Positions 56,502-64,000 of a DNA stretch of 64,000 bases are shown here, in pieces; position 1 is the stretch's first letter; the number at the start of each line of letters is the position of its first letter. A program made the position numbers and the translations under genes. This stretch comes from a virus: positions 1-64,000 of IMG/VR virus record IMGVR_UViG_3300031730_000002. The stretch is one strand, 5' to 3'. The notes beneath the pieces were generated by a model. That model saw only the letters and a list, made by a program, of their open reading frames with translations. It was not told where the DNA came from and searched no databases.

Positions 56502-56726
56502 TTAGCGGAAGCGTGGGTAGTCTTCGTTGTGGGTTGGGTCGTCTTCCTCAGCCTCGACGCAGGCGTTGTACAGCACCTTGCTGCACGGCTGGTTGTCGAA
56601 CTCGTGGTACATCCAGATCACGTACTTCGGATCGATCTCGGCGATCTCACTCGGCGTCTTGCCGTTGTGCTTGCCGAAGTCGAGTGGTGTATGGTCAAGC
56701 TCTTCATCGCGTGTCTTGAACTTCAC
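56502..56726 (-). CDS. ExoX C-terminal-like (FGKH-motif) small protein
   Basis: LDFGKHNGKTPSEIAEIDPKYVIW; AGGAG RBS. Confidence 0.7.
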   Translation of the reverse strand: MKFKTRDEELDHTPLDFGKHNGKTPSEIAEIDPKYVIWMYHEFDNQPCSKVLYNACVEAEEDDPTHNEDYPRFR

Positions 56727-56738
56727 TGTCTTCTCCTG

Positions 56739-56767
56739 TTGACAAACTTACTAACTCTGTCTACTAT
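56739..56767 (+). promoter_or_regulatory. strong sigma70 promoter of the H-NS-like moron
   Basis: TTGACA-17 nt-TACTAT. Confidence 0.75.
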
Positions 56768-56823
56768 TCGCATGCGCTGTGAGTAGCGCTACTCAACCCA
56801 CTTACTGAACAAGGAACAATGTC

Positions 56824-57147
56824 ATGTCCATTCTCGACGAAATCGCAACCCTGAAGAAGCAGCTCGATGAAAAGATGGCTGCGGCCGAAGTCGAACTCCG
56901 TGCGCAGAAGTCCGGCGTCATCGCCGAGATCCTGGCGCACATGAAAGAGAACGGCGTCTCGCTCAAGGATCTGAACGCTGCGGCTCTCGTCGCCGCCAGC
57001 AAGTACAGCTCGGGCACGAAGACCTGGTCGGGCAAAGGCAAGCAGCCGGCTTGGCTGGTCGCGGGCATCGCTGCCGGCGCCACGCTCGACTCGTTCCTGA
57101 CGCACAAGGTGGCCAACGCCGCCGCTGCCGAACCGGCCTCAGCGTAA
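56824..57147 (+). CDS. hns: H-NS family nucleoid-associated protein
   Basis: N-terminal coiled coil, GVSLKDL, KY...TWSGKGKQPAW...LDSFL. Confidence 0.88.
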   Translation: MSILDEIATLKKQLDEKMAAAEVELRAQKSGVIAEILAHMKENGVSLKDLNAAALVAASKYSSGTKTWSGKGKQPAWLVAGIAAGATLDSFLTHKVANAAAAEPASA

Positions 57148-57148
57148 G

Positions 57149-57406
57149 CTACGCCGCTCGCTGCAAGGCCGCCTCCGGGCGGCCTTTTTCGTGTCTGAAA
57201 CGATCCCACATCAGCAGGTGCCGGAACTGGCTGCGGTCGTTGATGCCCATGCGCTTGCGAATCCGCAGCATGTGGGCCTCCGCAGTCTTCACTGCCATGC
57301 CCAGCTCTCGGGCCGCGGCCTTGCTGCCGCCCCACAGGATCACCGTGTCCATCAGCTGCTCTTCGCGTGGGGTCAAGCCCCAAGGGTTACTCTTCTTCTT
57401 GGTCAT
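57149..57406 (-). CDS. LuxR/GerE-type HTH regulator
   Basis: LTPREEQL...G.SKAAARELGMAVKTAEAHMLRIRKRMG. Confidence 0.85.
   Translation of the reverse strand: MTKKKSNPWGLTPREEQLMDTVILWGGSKAAARELGMAVKTAEAHMLRIRKRMGINDRSQFRHLLMWDRFRHEKGRPEAALQRAA
57165..57189 (+). terminator. intrinsic terminator after the hns-like gene
   Basis: AAGGCCGCC-TCCG-GGCGGCCTTTTT. Confidence 0.75.
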
Positions 57407-58295
57407 TCATCCACTCCGCGGCGTCAGCGATCTTCGCCTTGCCTTCTTCGATTTCCTGCTCGCGGGCTTCCCAAGCGTCTCGATCGATCAGCTCTTCAAG
57501 ATGCTCGACAATCATGCCGTCCATCTCGACAGGTGACAGAGCATCAAGCTCCCACGACTCGTCGCCGTGGACCTGCTCGTACTCCTTGAAGCGTGAGTCG
57601 GTCTGTTTGGCTGGGTTGGGTGGCAAGTCGCGCTCGTCGACCTGCTCGCGGTTAAGCGCGATGCGACGAAAATCGATGCTCAGGTTCGGCGTGTCGTGGT
57701 TGGCGAAGAGGTTGAAGCGCTGCTCCAGGTCTCGGCTCATGTCGATGCCACTGGGGTCATGGTCACCGAGGTGCAGGATCACCAGCTCTTGCTTCGCCTT
57801 CGACGCCTTGTAGAAGTAGCTCTGCACGATCTCACGCAAGATCGTGACGCTGGGGTAACCACGCGCCGCGAGGTAGGGCACGTCCCACTTCGTGCAGGTA
57901 CGGTCGATCACGCCGGCGAGAGCTTCCTTCTCCACCACGACCAGCACGCGCATCTTCTGCGTGGCCCACATGTCCATGTGAAACTGATCGGCGCAAGCCT
58001 CGACGATGCTCGATGCTGAAGACCACGATGCCTGCTGCACCAGATCTCGGGTGCGGTCTTCGATCGCCTCCCAGTCCAGCAGACCGGCCAGCCGGGCGTT
58101 GTTGCCCAGCATCGTGATGCGCTTGTAGCTCTCGACCGTATTGGGTATCCAGTCCTTCGCGACCAACTGGTAGTAGAGCTGGCGCATCGTCAGCCGATAG
58201 CCTTGCTTCTGGTAGGTGTCGATAATCGCCGTCATGCGCGAGATCATTGCTAGCGACTCGGGCTTGAATTTCGTGTGTTCGTAGGCTTGCTTCAA
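57387..58295 (-). CDS. TopoVIA/Spo11-like winged-helix + TOPRIM protein
   Basis: TMRQLYYQL, VVVEKEAL, LGDHDPSG, ELDAL. Confidence 0.75.
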   Translation of the reverse strand: MKQAYEHTKFKPESLAMISRMTAIIDTYQKQGYRLTMRQLYYQLVAKDWIPNTVESYKRITMLGNNARLAGLLDWEAIEDRTRDLVQQASWSSASSIVEACADQFHMDMWATQKMRVLVVVEKEALAGVIDRTCTKWDVPYLAARGYPSVTILREIVQSYFYKASKAKQELVILHLGDHDPSGIDMSRDLEQRFNLFANHDTPNLSIDFRRIALNREQVDERDLPPNPAKQTDSRFKEYEQVHGDESWELDALSPVEMDGMIVEHLEELIDRDAWEAREQEIEEGKAKIADAAEWMNDQEEE

Positions 58296-58675
58296 GTGGA
58301 GATCCTTTCAAAGAGTTCAGCCTGTGTCTCAGGCATGTCGGGCCACCAGCGGTTGCCCTTCAGTACGTTCGCCTCAAGTGGGCTGAGTGTGAGATTGGCG
58401 GGACAGTGCAGGCCGCAGACCAGTGGGTGCCGCAGCGGCACGATGTGTTCCACCGACCAGCGCACTCCCGTGGCAGCGGTGGCAATGCGCGCGAGCCGGT
58501 AGAACTGACCGAGATCAGGCTTGTCGACCCAGCGCGGAACAGCGCGTCTCTCATGGCGACGGCGATGAGTTCCTGGTAGACGGGAACCAAAGACCTTCGG
58601 GCCTTTTCGTATAGCAAGCTGTCCGAAAAGTGGGCCTCTACAGTGCCCGTCACTGAGATCAAAGCTGGCCTGCAT
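58292..58675 (-). CDS. HNH endonuclease
   Basis: VEHIVPL...VCGLHCPANL...NVLKGN. Confidence 0.8.
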   Translation of the reverse strand: MQASFDLSDGHCRGPLFGQLAIRKGPKVFGSRLPGTHRRRHERRAVPRWVDKPDLGQFYRLARIATAATGVRWSVEHIVPLRHPLVCGLHCPANLTLSPLEANVLKGNRWWPDMPETQAELFERIST

Positions 58676-58928
58676 CTTCGTGGCGCACGCAACCGAAGGC
58701 TTCTCCAGTGCAGAGCACTGCGTAATACCCGCTGGCGTCCGTCATACCAAATCCGTTGGGCTCCACCACGGCTTCGGCGAAGGTCTGCGTCGGCATCTTG
58801 CAGATGCGGACTTCAAAGCCGCGGCTCATTGGAATGTACGTATCCGGGTCTACCGGCTCGCACAAGTCATTGGCACGGAAGTCACCGCCGGCCGGCACCC
58901 AGTGTTTGCAGGTCTTGCAGGTCTTCAT
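58659..58928 (-). CDS. Cys-rich small protein
   Basis: CKTCKHW...C...FGCVRH. Confidence 0.65.
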   Translation of the reverse strand: MKTCKTCKHWVPAGGDFRANDLCEPVDPDTYIPMSRGFEVRICKMPTQTFAEAVVEPNGFGMTDASGYYAVLCTGEAFGCVRHEDAGQL

Positions 58929-58929
58929 G

Positions 58930-59214
58930 TCAGTGCACCTGCCCGTTGTTCGCAGCCCCAGTCACGGTGTCTCTCGCCTGCTTGCGCATCGTCGCCACGA
59001 GATCTTCGTTGACTTGAGCGAACAGATGTTGCATCTGCTCTTCCGTGCCTCCGATGCGAGTGTCAACGAACTGGCCGTCGTTGCCGATCGTCAGACCCAT
59101 GAACATCCACTCGCCGGTGCTTGGGTCTTTGCCACACAGGAACGCTACCTGGTTGCCGTCTGCGTCACGCAGAACCTTGATGAAGTCTTTCACGCTTTGC
59201 TTTCTCTCGGCCAT
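58930..59214 (-). CDS. hypothetical protein (MAERKQ...)
   Basis: ORF in an early-gene run; start uncertain. Confidence 0.5.
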   Translation of the reverse strand: MAERKQSVKDFIKVLRDADGNQVAFLCGKDPSTGEWMFMGLTIGNDGQFVDTRIGGTEEQMQHLFAQVNEDLVATMRKQARDTVTGAANNGQVH

Positions 59215-59398
59215 CGGCCAGTTGAATGGTGCCAATGTAGACACCCTTGAGGGTCACGGCCACAAGTCGGCCGTTCTTGACCATGTCGTGCTGAGCCACG
59301 GCTGCACCGAAGACCGCACGGAACGACACACCCCAGTGGGGAATGTCGACCGTGCTGTCCTTGTAGGTGATGTTTGAGTTGACCGCGGGGTACAGCAT
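59165..59398 (-). CDS. hypothetical protein, 77 aa
   Basis: ORF in an early-gene run. Confidence 0.45.
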   Translation of the reverse strand: MLYPAVNSNITYKDSTVDIPHWGVSFRAVFGAAVAQHDMVKNGRLVAVTLKGVYIGTIQLADGREKAKRERLHQGSA

Positions 59399-59473
59399 GG
59401 TCAGCGGCTACCAGCGACGTGCTGATAGGTCTCCAGTTGGCCTTGGGCGTTCTGACGAAGGTGAGGCTTGCCC

Positions 59474-59758
59474 TCAACCTTCGTCAAGCATTTGGATTGG
59501 TCCTGGTCGTTCTTGGGCGGGTCCGTCAAACGCTTGGGGCTTCCAAGGGGTGACAAGGGTTCGGTTATCTCGTGTACCGGGCGCATAGCGGCTCCTTGCT
59601 GACCTGACGTTGATATGCGAGCCGTAGTTTCCCATGGCGAGGGGGGTGTTGGGAATCAGGTCGATCGTGACGACGTAGCCGAGATACTCCAACTCCGTCA
59701 CGATCAGCGTGAGGGTGCTCATCAGCTCTTCGACCCGCCAATTGGTTTGCTTCCACAT
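59474..59758 (-). CDS. hypothetical protein (MWKQTNW...)
   Basis: ATG 3 nt after the upstream stop. Confidence 0.45.
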   Translation of the reverse strand: MWKQTNWRVEELMSTLTLIVTELEYLGYVVTIDLIPNTPLAMGNYGSHINVRSARSRYAPGTRDNRTLVTPWKPQAFDGPAQERPGPIQMLDEG

Positions 59759-59760
59759 GG

Positions 59761-60288
59761 TCAGTCGCTTGAGCTGGAGCTGCTGTCCGAACTGCTGCTG
59801 TCGGAGCTGCTGTCGGAGCTGCAGCTCGACGGCGGCTCGTAGCGCTCGATCGGCGTGCTGTCGATGCGGATGTCCTTGCAGACGCTGGCCTTGGCCACAT
59901 CGACCGGATTCGGTGCTTCCCACCCGCCGCTCGCGCCGCCACCATCGAACTCGCCGCCCTTGCCGGACTCGAACACAGCCGGCGCCGTGTCAAGCGGCGG
60001 CCATGCTGAGGGACGGTCAAGGCTGCGCTCGATCGGGTGACCGTAGAAGTAGACCACCTCTCCGCCCTTTGGCAGCACAAGAATCTCATCGTCCCTTATG
60101 GGCTTACGAGAAACTCCCTCGGCCTTGAAGCGAACGTTGGGCGGCCCCGGCGGTGCCGGAGGCTTGGGGTAGGTGGGTCTCGGGTTGTGCCCGTAGATCT
60201 GCGGCATCGGAGGGATGCGCCTTGGCTCAGGCAGTGCAACATTGCCGCCACCGCCGAACAGTCTCTTCAACCAGTTGAAGTTGAACAT
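59761..60288 (-). CDS. Pro/Gly/Ser-rich low-complexity protein
   Basis: AAGGA RBS; GGEFDGGGASGGW and poly-Ser tail. Confidence 0.6.
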   Translation of the reverse strand: MFNFNWLKRLFGGGGNVALPEPRRIPPMPQIYGHNPRPTYPKPPAPPGPPNVRFKAEGVSRKPIRDDEILVLPKGGEVVYFYGHPIERSLDRPSAWPPLDTAPAVFESGKGGEFDGGGASGGWEAPNPVDVAKASVCKDIRIDSTPIERYEPPSSCSSDSSSDSSSSDSSSSSSD

Positions 60289-60541
60289 GGTCTTCCTTTC
60301 AAGTAGAGTAGGCCCGCCGACTCAGCAGGCCCCTGTTTCATGTGAGAGTGTCGGGAGCCCTAAGCCCCAAGCCCTGAGTCGGCACCCTCTAAACGCACCA
60401 GCTCCAGCAGCACTTTCTGTAGCGCCTGTTCCAGCGCGTCATACGCAAGTCGTCTGATGAGCTTGGTGTCCGTGACTGCACCCGGCTGCTGTACCAACTT
60501 CAGGTGAACAATCACAGAGTGGTCATCTGTGCATCTGCACA

Positions 60542-61165
60542 TTACCCACCCTCGACGCTGTTGCCAACGATCTTCACGCTGCAGCCAACGCGGTCGCTCA
60601 CCTCGTTGAACTTGTCGCGCACCGCGGCGCCAAGATCGACGCCGGTAGGGTGAGCCTTGTCAAAGCAGCCTGGAAGTCTTCGAGCGTCAAGGCAACGTCG
60701 CGCCAAGATGTCGAGGTAGCACTGCACGTCGGCCAGCTCCTTGCGCGCCTCGATCTCGTACTCATCGAAGCTCAAGTCGCCCCGCTCGTACTTCTTGCGG
60801 ATGTTCGCGAACTCGCCCAGCTCACCGACCAGCGCTTGCAGCCACTGAGCAGGAGACCAGTCGCTGCCGTCCGGCTCGCTGTGCGCGATGACGCCGTGCT
60901 TGTTCTTGAACTGCGGCAAGCGTGCGATGTTCGCCTTGCGCAAGGTGTCGAAGCTCAGCCCCTGCTCGGGCTCCTTCATCTCGTGCGCGCCGATGTTGCG
61001 CCCTGTGGCCGGCTCCAGCGCAATGCTCGGCTTGTACCCCAGCAACACGTGCGCCATGCCGCTCTCCAGATTCCGCAGCACGTTAAAGACTAGTGCCCAG
61101 CGTTGCTCCAGCGAGCAGTCGCGCGGATCGAACGTGCCCTGCGTGGGGTCGACGCCGCGGGTCAT
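60542..61165 (-). CDS. second MazG-like pyrophosphohydrolase
   Basis: WSPAQWLQALVGELGEFAN...KELADVQCYLD...KFNEVS. Confidence 0.8.
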   Translation of the reverse strand: MTRGVDPTQGTFDPRDCSLEQRWALVFNVLRNLESGMAHVLLGYKPSIALEPATGRNIGAHEMKEPEQGLSFDTLRKANIARLPQFKNKHGVIAHSEPDGSDWSPAQWLQALVGELGEFANIRKKYERGDLSFDEYEIEARKELADVQCYLDILARRCLDARRLPGCFDKAHPTGVDLGAAVRDKFNEVSDRVGCSVKIVGNSVEGG

Positions 61166-61557
61166 ACCGGCAACTCCACAGTCGAGCCGTGGTACTGGTA
61201 GGCACGCATGCGCATCGCAGCTTCGAGCCTGGTGTCGCTCAACGCTATCACCAGATCGACGGTCGAGCCAACCGTTGCCATCCAGCCAGAGCCTTCCGGG
61301 AACGTGCTGATCTTCTCCCGATCGATGATCGGCCCTGCGTGCCGGTCTTCCGAGCTGTAGCGCCGGATGTTCACGCCCCACTGCTCGGTGGCCACGTCCC
61401 AGCCAACAGCAGTGAGGTACTCGCTACCGGGGATCGAGAGCGGGAACAAGATCCCCGCCGCGGTGCGCGGCTGGCCAGTGCCCAGCTTGTAGCCTTCGGC
61501 CAGCGCGACCGCAAGGTCAAGGCGTGCGCCGCGTAATTCCGTGGTCTTGTACAGCAT
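61162..61557 (-). CDS. NinX/DUF2591-like protein
   Basis: ELRGARLDLAVA...YSS...GPIIDREKI...LEAAMR. Confidence 0.75.
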   Translation of the reverse strand: MLYKTTELRGARLDLAVALAEGYKLGTGQPRTAAGILFPLSIPGSEYLTAVGWDVATEQWGVNIRRYSSEDRHAGPIIDREKISTFPEGSGWMATVGSTVDLVIALSDTRLEAAMRMRAYQYHGSTVELPV

Positions 61558-61858
61558 TGGTGAATCCTTGAAGTTGTGCGATGGTGAGTTCGTAGGCGAA
61601 GGTCTCCAGCATGCCGGTGTCCTTGTTCCAGGCTGAACCGAAGACCGTGGCGATTGCGTTGCAGGCGCAGCTGAGGTTGAAGCTCTTCGTGTACTTGGGC
61701 AGGCCGAGTGCGTCGAGCAGTGCCTGCGGGAAGTTGACGCCATGCAGCGCAGGCGGCTGCTGCGCCGCTGCCATGTAGGCTTCGCTGATCTGCTGTGGGC
61801 TGTCTACCGGCTCCGGCTTGACCGCTTGGTCCTTGAACCAACGTCCAAAGTCCTTCAT
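61517..61858 (-). CDS. hypothetical protein, 113 aa
   Basis: ORF in an early-gene run. Confidence 0.55.
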   Translation of the reverse strand: MKDFGRWFKDQAVKPEPVDSPQQISEAYMAAAQQPPALHGVNFPQALLDALGLPKYTKSFNLSCACNAIATVFGSAWNKDTGMLETFAYELTIAQLQGFTNAVQDHGITRRTP

Positions 61859-61861
61859 GGC

Positions 61862-62038
61862 TCAGACCCGCTTGAGCTGCGACGGCCGAGCCTTGATGAC
61901 GCCGAGCATGCCGCAGTCGATGAAGCACCAGGTGCCGTTGGCCATCTCTTCGGTCTTGGTGACCTTGCCCTTGGCGGTCTCGCCGTTGCGACGGGTGAAC
62001 TTGACGGCGGTGCCCTTGGCGAATTTCATGGAAGTCAT
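61862..62038 (-). CDS. small basic SH3/KOW-like protein
   Basis: FAKGTAVKFTRRNGETAKGKV...ARPSQL. Confidence 0.55.
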   Translation of the reverse strand: MTSMKFAKGTAVKFTRRNGETAKGKVTKTEEMANGTWCFIDCGMLGVIKARPSQLKRV

Positions 62039-62096
62039 TTGTGTGTCTCGTGAAGTTGAAGAAGTTGTCAGTCTAACGGAGTGTGTGGTCTGCTGT

Positions 62097-62699
62097 CTAG
62101 CCGGCTGTGAAGTTCCCTCCATGCCAGAAGACTGTGCCGGAAGGCTCCGGCGGATTCGTGTTCTCGGCATCATGTGCACGCAGCATCTCGAACGCCAGCT
62201 CATAGGCCGCAGAGATCCGCGCACCTTCAGCACGAACTCGCGGCAGTGGTTCCAGGCGCTGCTCGATAACGCGGTGCGCAAGGTTGGGCTTGCCGTCCTT
62301 GACCTGCACCTTCGCCTTCAGCGCCAGGAACTTCTTCTCGATCTCGTCAACCTTCTCCATGTTGCGTCGATGCTGTGCGTACTTGCCCTGCAGCATCACC
62401 GTGGCGTTGGTCACCACGTCACCTGCCGGTGTGTCGAGCACCGCGGCCATCGCCTCCATCACGAAGCCTGCAGCCTCCTGCTCGACTGGCGACTTCTCCT
62501 GCGCGCTGCCGGTCTCGTCATACTCCTTGCGTCGCTCAGGCACTGACAGCACGGCGTAGGCGTCGTTGACCTGCTGCATCTTCTCGGCGCTCCCGCCTTC
62601 ACGGTCGGGGTGCGCCTTTGAAGACGCCTTGCGGTACGCCTTCTTGATGGTGTCTTCGTCGGCGTCTTTGGGGACACCGAGGGTTTCGTAGAGGTTCAC
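62097..62699 (-). CDS. J-domain (DnaJ-like) co-chaperone
   Basis: LYETLGV...IKKAYRK...HPDR...AYAVLS...RKEYD. Confidence 0.92.
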   Translation of the reverse strand: MNLYETLGVPKDADEDTIKKAYRKASSKAHPDREGGSAEKMQQVNDAYAVLSVPERRKEYDETGSAQEKSPVEQEAAGFVMEAMAAVLDTPAGDVVTNATVMLQGKYAQHRRNMEKVDEIEKKFLALKAKVQVKDGKPNLAHRVIEQRLEPLPRVRAEGARISAAYELAFEMLRAHDAENTNPPEPSGTVFWHGGNFTAG

Positions 62700-63097
62700 C
62701 GTTTGATCTCCACCACCGGGCACATCTTCTCCTTCCACCCTCGGTAGGCCTCGCGCAGAAGACTCCCGCTCGTTGTTGAGGCTGTGCGCTCGCTCAGCAT
62801 GTGCAGGCCCCCGACAAGCAGGCCAAAGGCCAGCAGGATCAGCGCGACTCCAGGCACCACGAAGAAGCCTGACTCGAACTCACCGAGGCCGATCCAGAAA
62901 AGAAGACCGAAGGCCGGCAGCACGACTGCACCACCGATGACGATAAAGCCTAAAAAGACCACCCCGATGAACTTGAGCGGGGCCACCAGCACGGAGCGCC
63001 AGAAGATCTCGCACAAGGTTTGCGTGCGTTGGTAGGGACTGAGCCCGCCGAACTCGGCCCACTTGATGAGGGCGCTTTGTCTGTTGATTGTGATCAC
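62696..63097 (-). CDS. membrane protein, 133 aa
   Basis: Long hydrophobic segments; GGAG RBS. Confidence 0.65.
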   Translation of the reverse strand: MITINRQSALIKWAEFGGLSPYQRTQTLCEIFWRSVLVAPLKFIGVVFLGFIVIGGAVVLPAFGLLFWIGLGEFESGFFVVPGVALILLAFGLLVGGLHMLSERTASTTSGSLLREAYRGWKEKMCPVVEIKR

Positions 63098-63266
63098 ACT
63101 GGCTCCGTTCTGATCTGTTTGCCGTCCGCGTCCTTGACGCAGACATGATGGGTACGATGCTCGGTGCCGCCGGGGTCAAGCACGACTGCGCAAGTCTGCG
63201 GTGTCTTCGTGTTGAAGTGGGCACCGAGCTTGCGCCCGCAGACCCAGCAGATGCTGGGTCTGGTCT

Positions 63267-63662
63267 TCACAGCGAGTCGGCGATGGTGCGCAGCTCGTCG
63301 AGCGACTTGCTGGTGAGCACTTCGTTTTCCTTGTGCTCAATGATGCCCAGCAGGCGCTGCTTGCGCTCCTTGTTCTCGCGCGCCGTCGCCGCTGCAGCGT
63401 TCTCTTCCAGGCGCACCGCGATGATGTGCTTGACGATGTCGAACGCAAGCTCGGCCGTCTTGTCTGCCGCCGCCGGCTTGGTCACGAAGGAGATGGTGTT
63501 CTCTTCCTTCAGTTGGCTGTAGAAGCCGCGGGCGATGTCGTCCAGGTTGGCCGCGCTGTTGGCGCTGGTCAGCGGCAGCTCCCACAGGTCTTCCACCGTG
63601 AGCATGCCTTTGGTGGTGTTGAAGCGGAGCTTGAGACGAGTGGCTTGTTCGAAGATGTTCAT
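63267..63662 (-). CDS. conserved-type phage hypothetical protein, 131 aa
   Basis: MNIFEQATRLKLRF...VEDLWELPL; AAGGA RBS. Confidence 0.75.
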   Translation of the reverse strand: MNIFEQATRLKLRFNTTKGMLTVEDLWELPLTSANSAANLDDIARGFYSQLKEENTISFVTKPAAADKTAELAFDIVKHIIAVRLEENAAAATARENKERKQRLLGIIEHKENEVLTSKSLDELRTIADSL

Positions 63663-63684
63663 GTTGATTTCCTTGAAGTGAAGG

Positions 63685-64000
63685 TCAGAAGACCAGGTTG
63701 ATGATTCGAGAGAAGCTGCCCTTGACTCGGCAGCGCACGCTGTTGCGTTGGGTGGATGAGAAGCCGAGGCCGGACAGCTGACGATCGCTCTCGTCAGTGC
63801 GCATCTTGCTTCCCACGAGTTCGAGTGTTTTGCGGTGCGGGGTGAGTTCCTCCTTCAAAAATTCGTTGTAGAAGCCGCGGGCCTGTCCCTCATTACGGCA
63901 AGCCTCCAGCATGAAGAAGTAGTGGCGGTTGCCGGTCTCTTCGCCATCCCAGTGGTTCGGGCTCATCATCATCACGTTGACCGGCTGGAAGGTCTGCGTG
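63685..64000 (-). CDS. C-terminal part of a larger protein entering from beyond the window
   Basis: Frame open to the edge; SPNHW...HYFFML...GFYNEFL...LSGLGFS. Confidence 0.7.
   Translation of the reverse strand, partial: TQTFQPVNVMMMSPNHWDGEETGNRHYFFMLEACRNEGQARGFYNEFLKEELTPHRKTLELVGSKMRTDESDRQLSGLGFSSTQRNSVRCRVKGSFSRIINLVF

Noticed and set aside
58292-58675. HNH as part of an intron or intein
   Set aside because: It is free-standing between intact genes; no split in polA, terL or the helicases was seen.
58930-59398. Frameshifted single gene or pseudogene
   Set aside because: The two ORFs overlap by ~50 nt but each has a plausible start; nothing in the sequence shows they were one gene.
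59761-59830. Short tandem DNA repeats (CTGCTGTCGGAG)
   Set aside because: They simply encode the poly-Ser/Asp tail of the 175-aa ORF.

Overview
This window is 64 kb of a GC-rich tailed-phage genome (siphovirus-type Caudoviricetes), probably infecting a proteobacterium. Left end (1-3.1 kb, - strand): small early genes with unusually long, hairpin-rich non-coding stretches, including a ~750-nt ORF-poor, CTAG-rich region with nested long-range pairings that looks like a large ornate ncRNA. From 3.5 to 36.4 kb (+ strand) lies the morphogenesis and lysis arm: HTH protein, terminase, portal, an inserted 4-gene fibre/filament cassette, S49 protease, scaffold, decoration protein, capsid, neck, tail tube, G/GT chaperone with a -1 frameshift, tape measure, two Dit-like paralogues, DUF1833, NlpC/P60, tail tip, holin(s), GH19 endolysin and a lipoprotein. 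From 36.6 to 64 kb (- strand) lies the replication and host-takeover arm: Xis-like, SbcCD, resolvase, ThyX, WYL, PolA, DksA/TraR, dNMP kinase, two MazG-like proteins, DEDDh exonuclease, primase-helicase, SF2 helicase, LuxR, TopoVIA-like TOPRIM, HNH, NinX-like and DnaJ. One + strand H-NS-like moron sits inside this arm. Two candidate novel systems stand out. (1) A repeat-templated filament: a 1190-aa protein with ~39 copies of a ~20-aa Ala/Gly/Ser/Thr strand lies next to a small subunit gene that is probably highly expressed, and both parts recur in the tail-tip module. (2) The large structured ncRNA. No integrase, tRNA, rRNA or CRISPR array was seen. All functional calls come from motifs and synteny read by eye; no searches were run.
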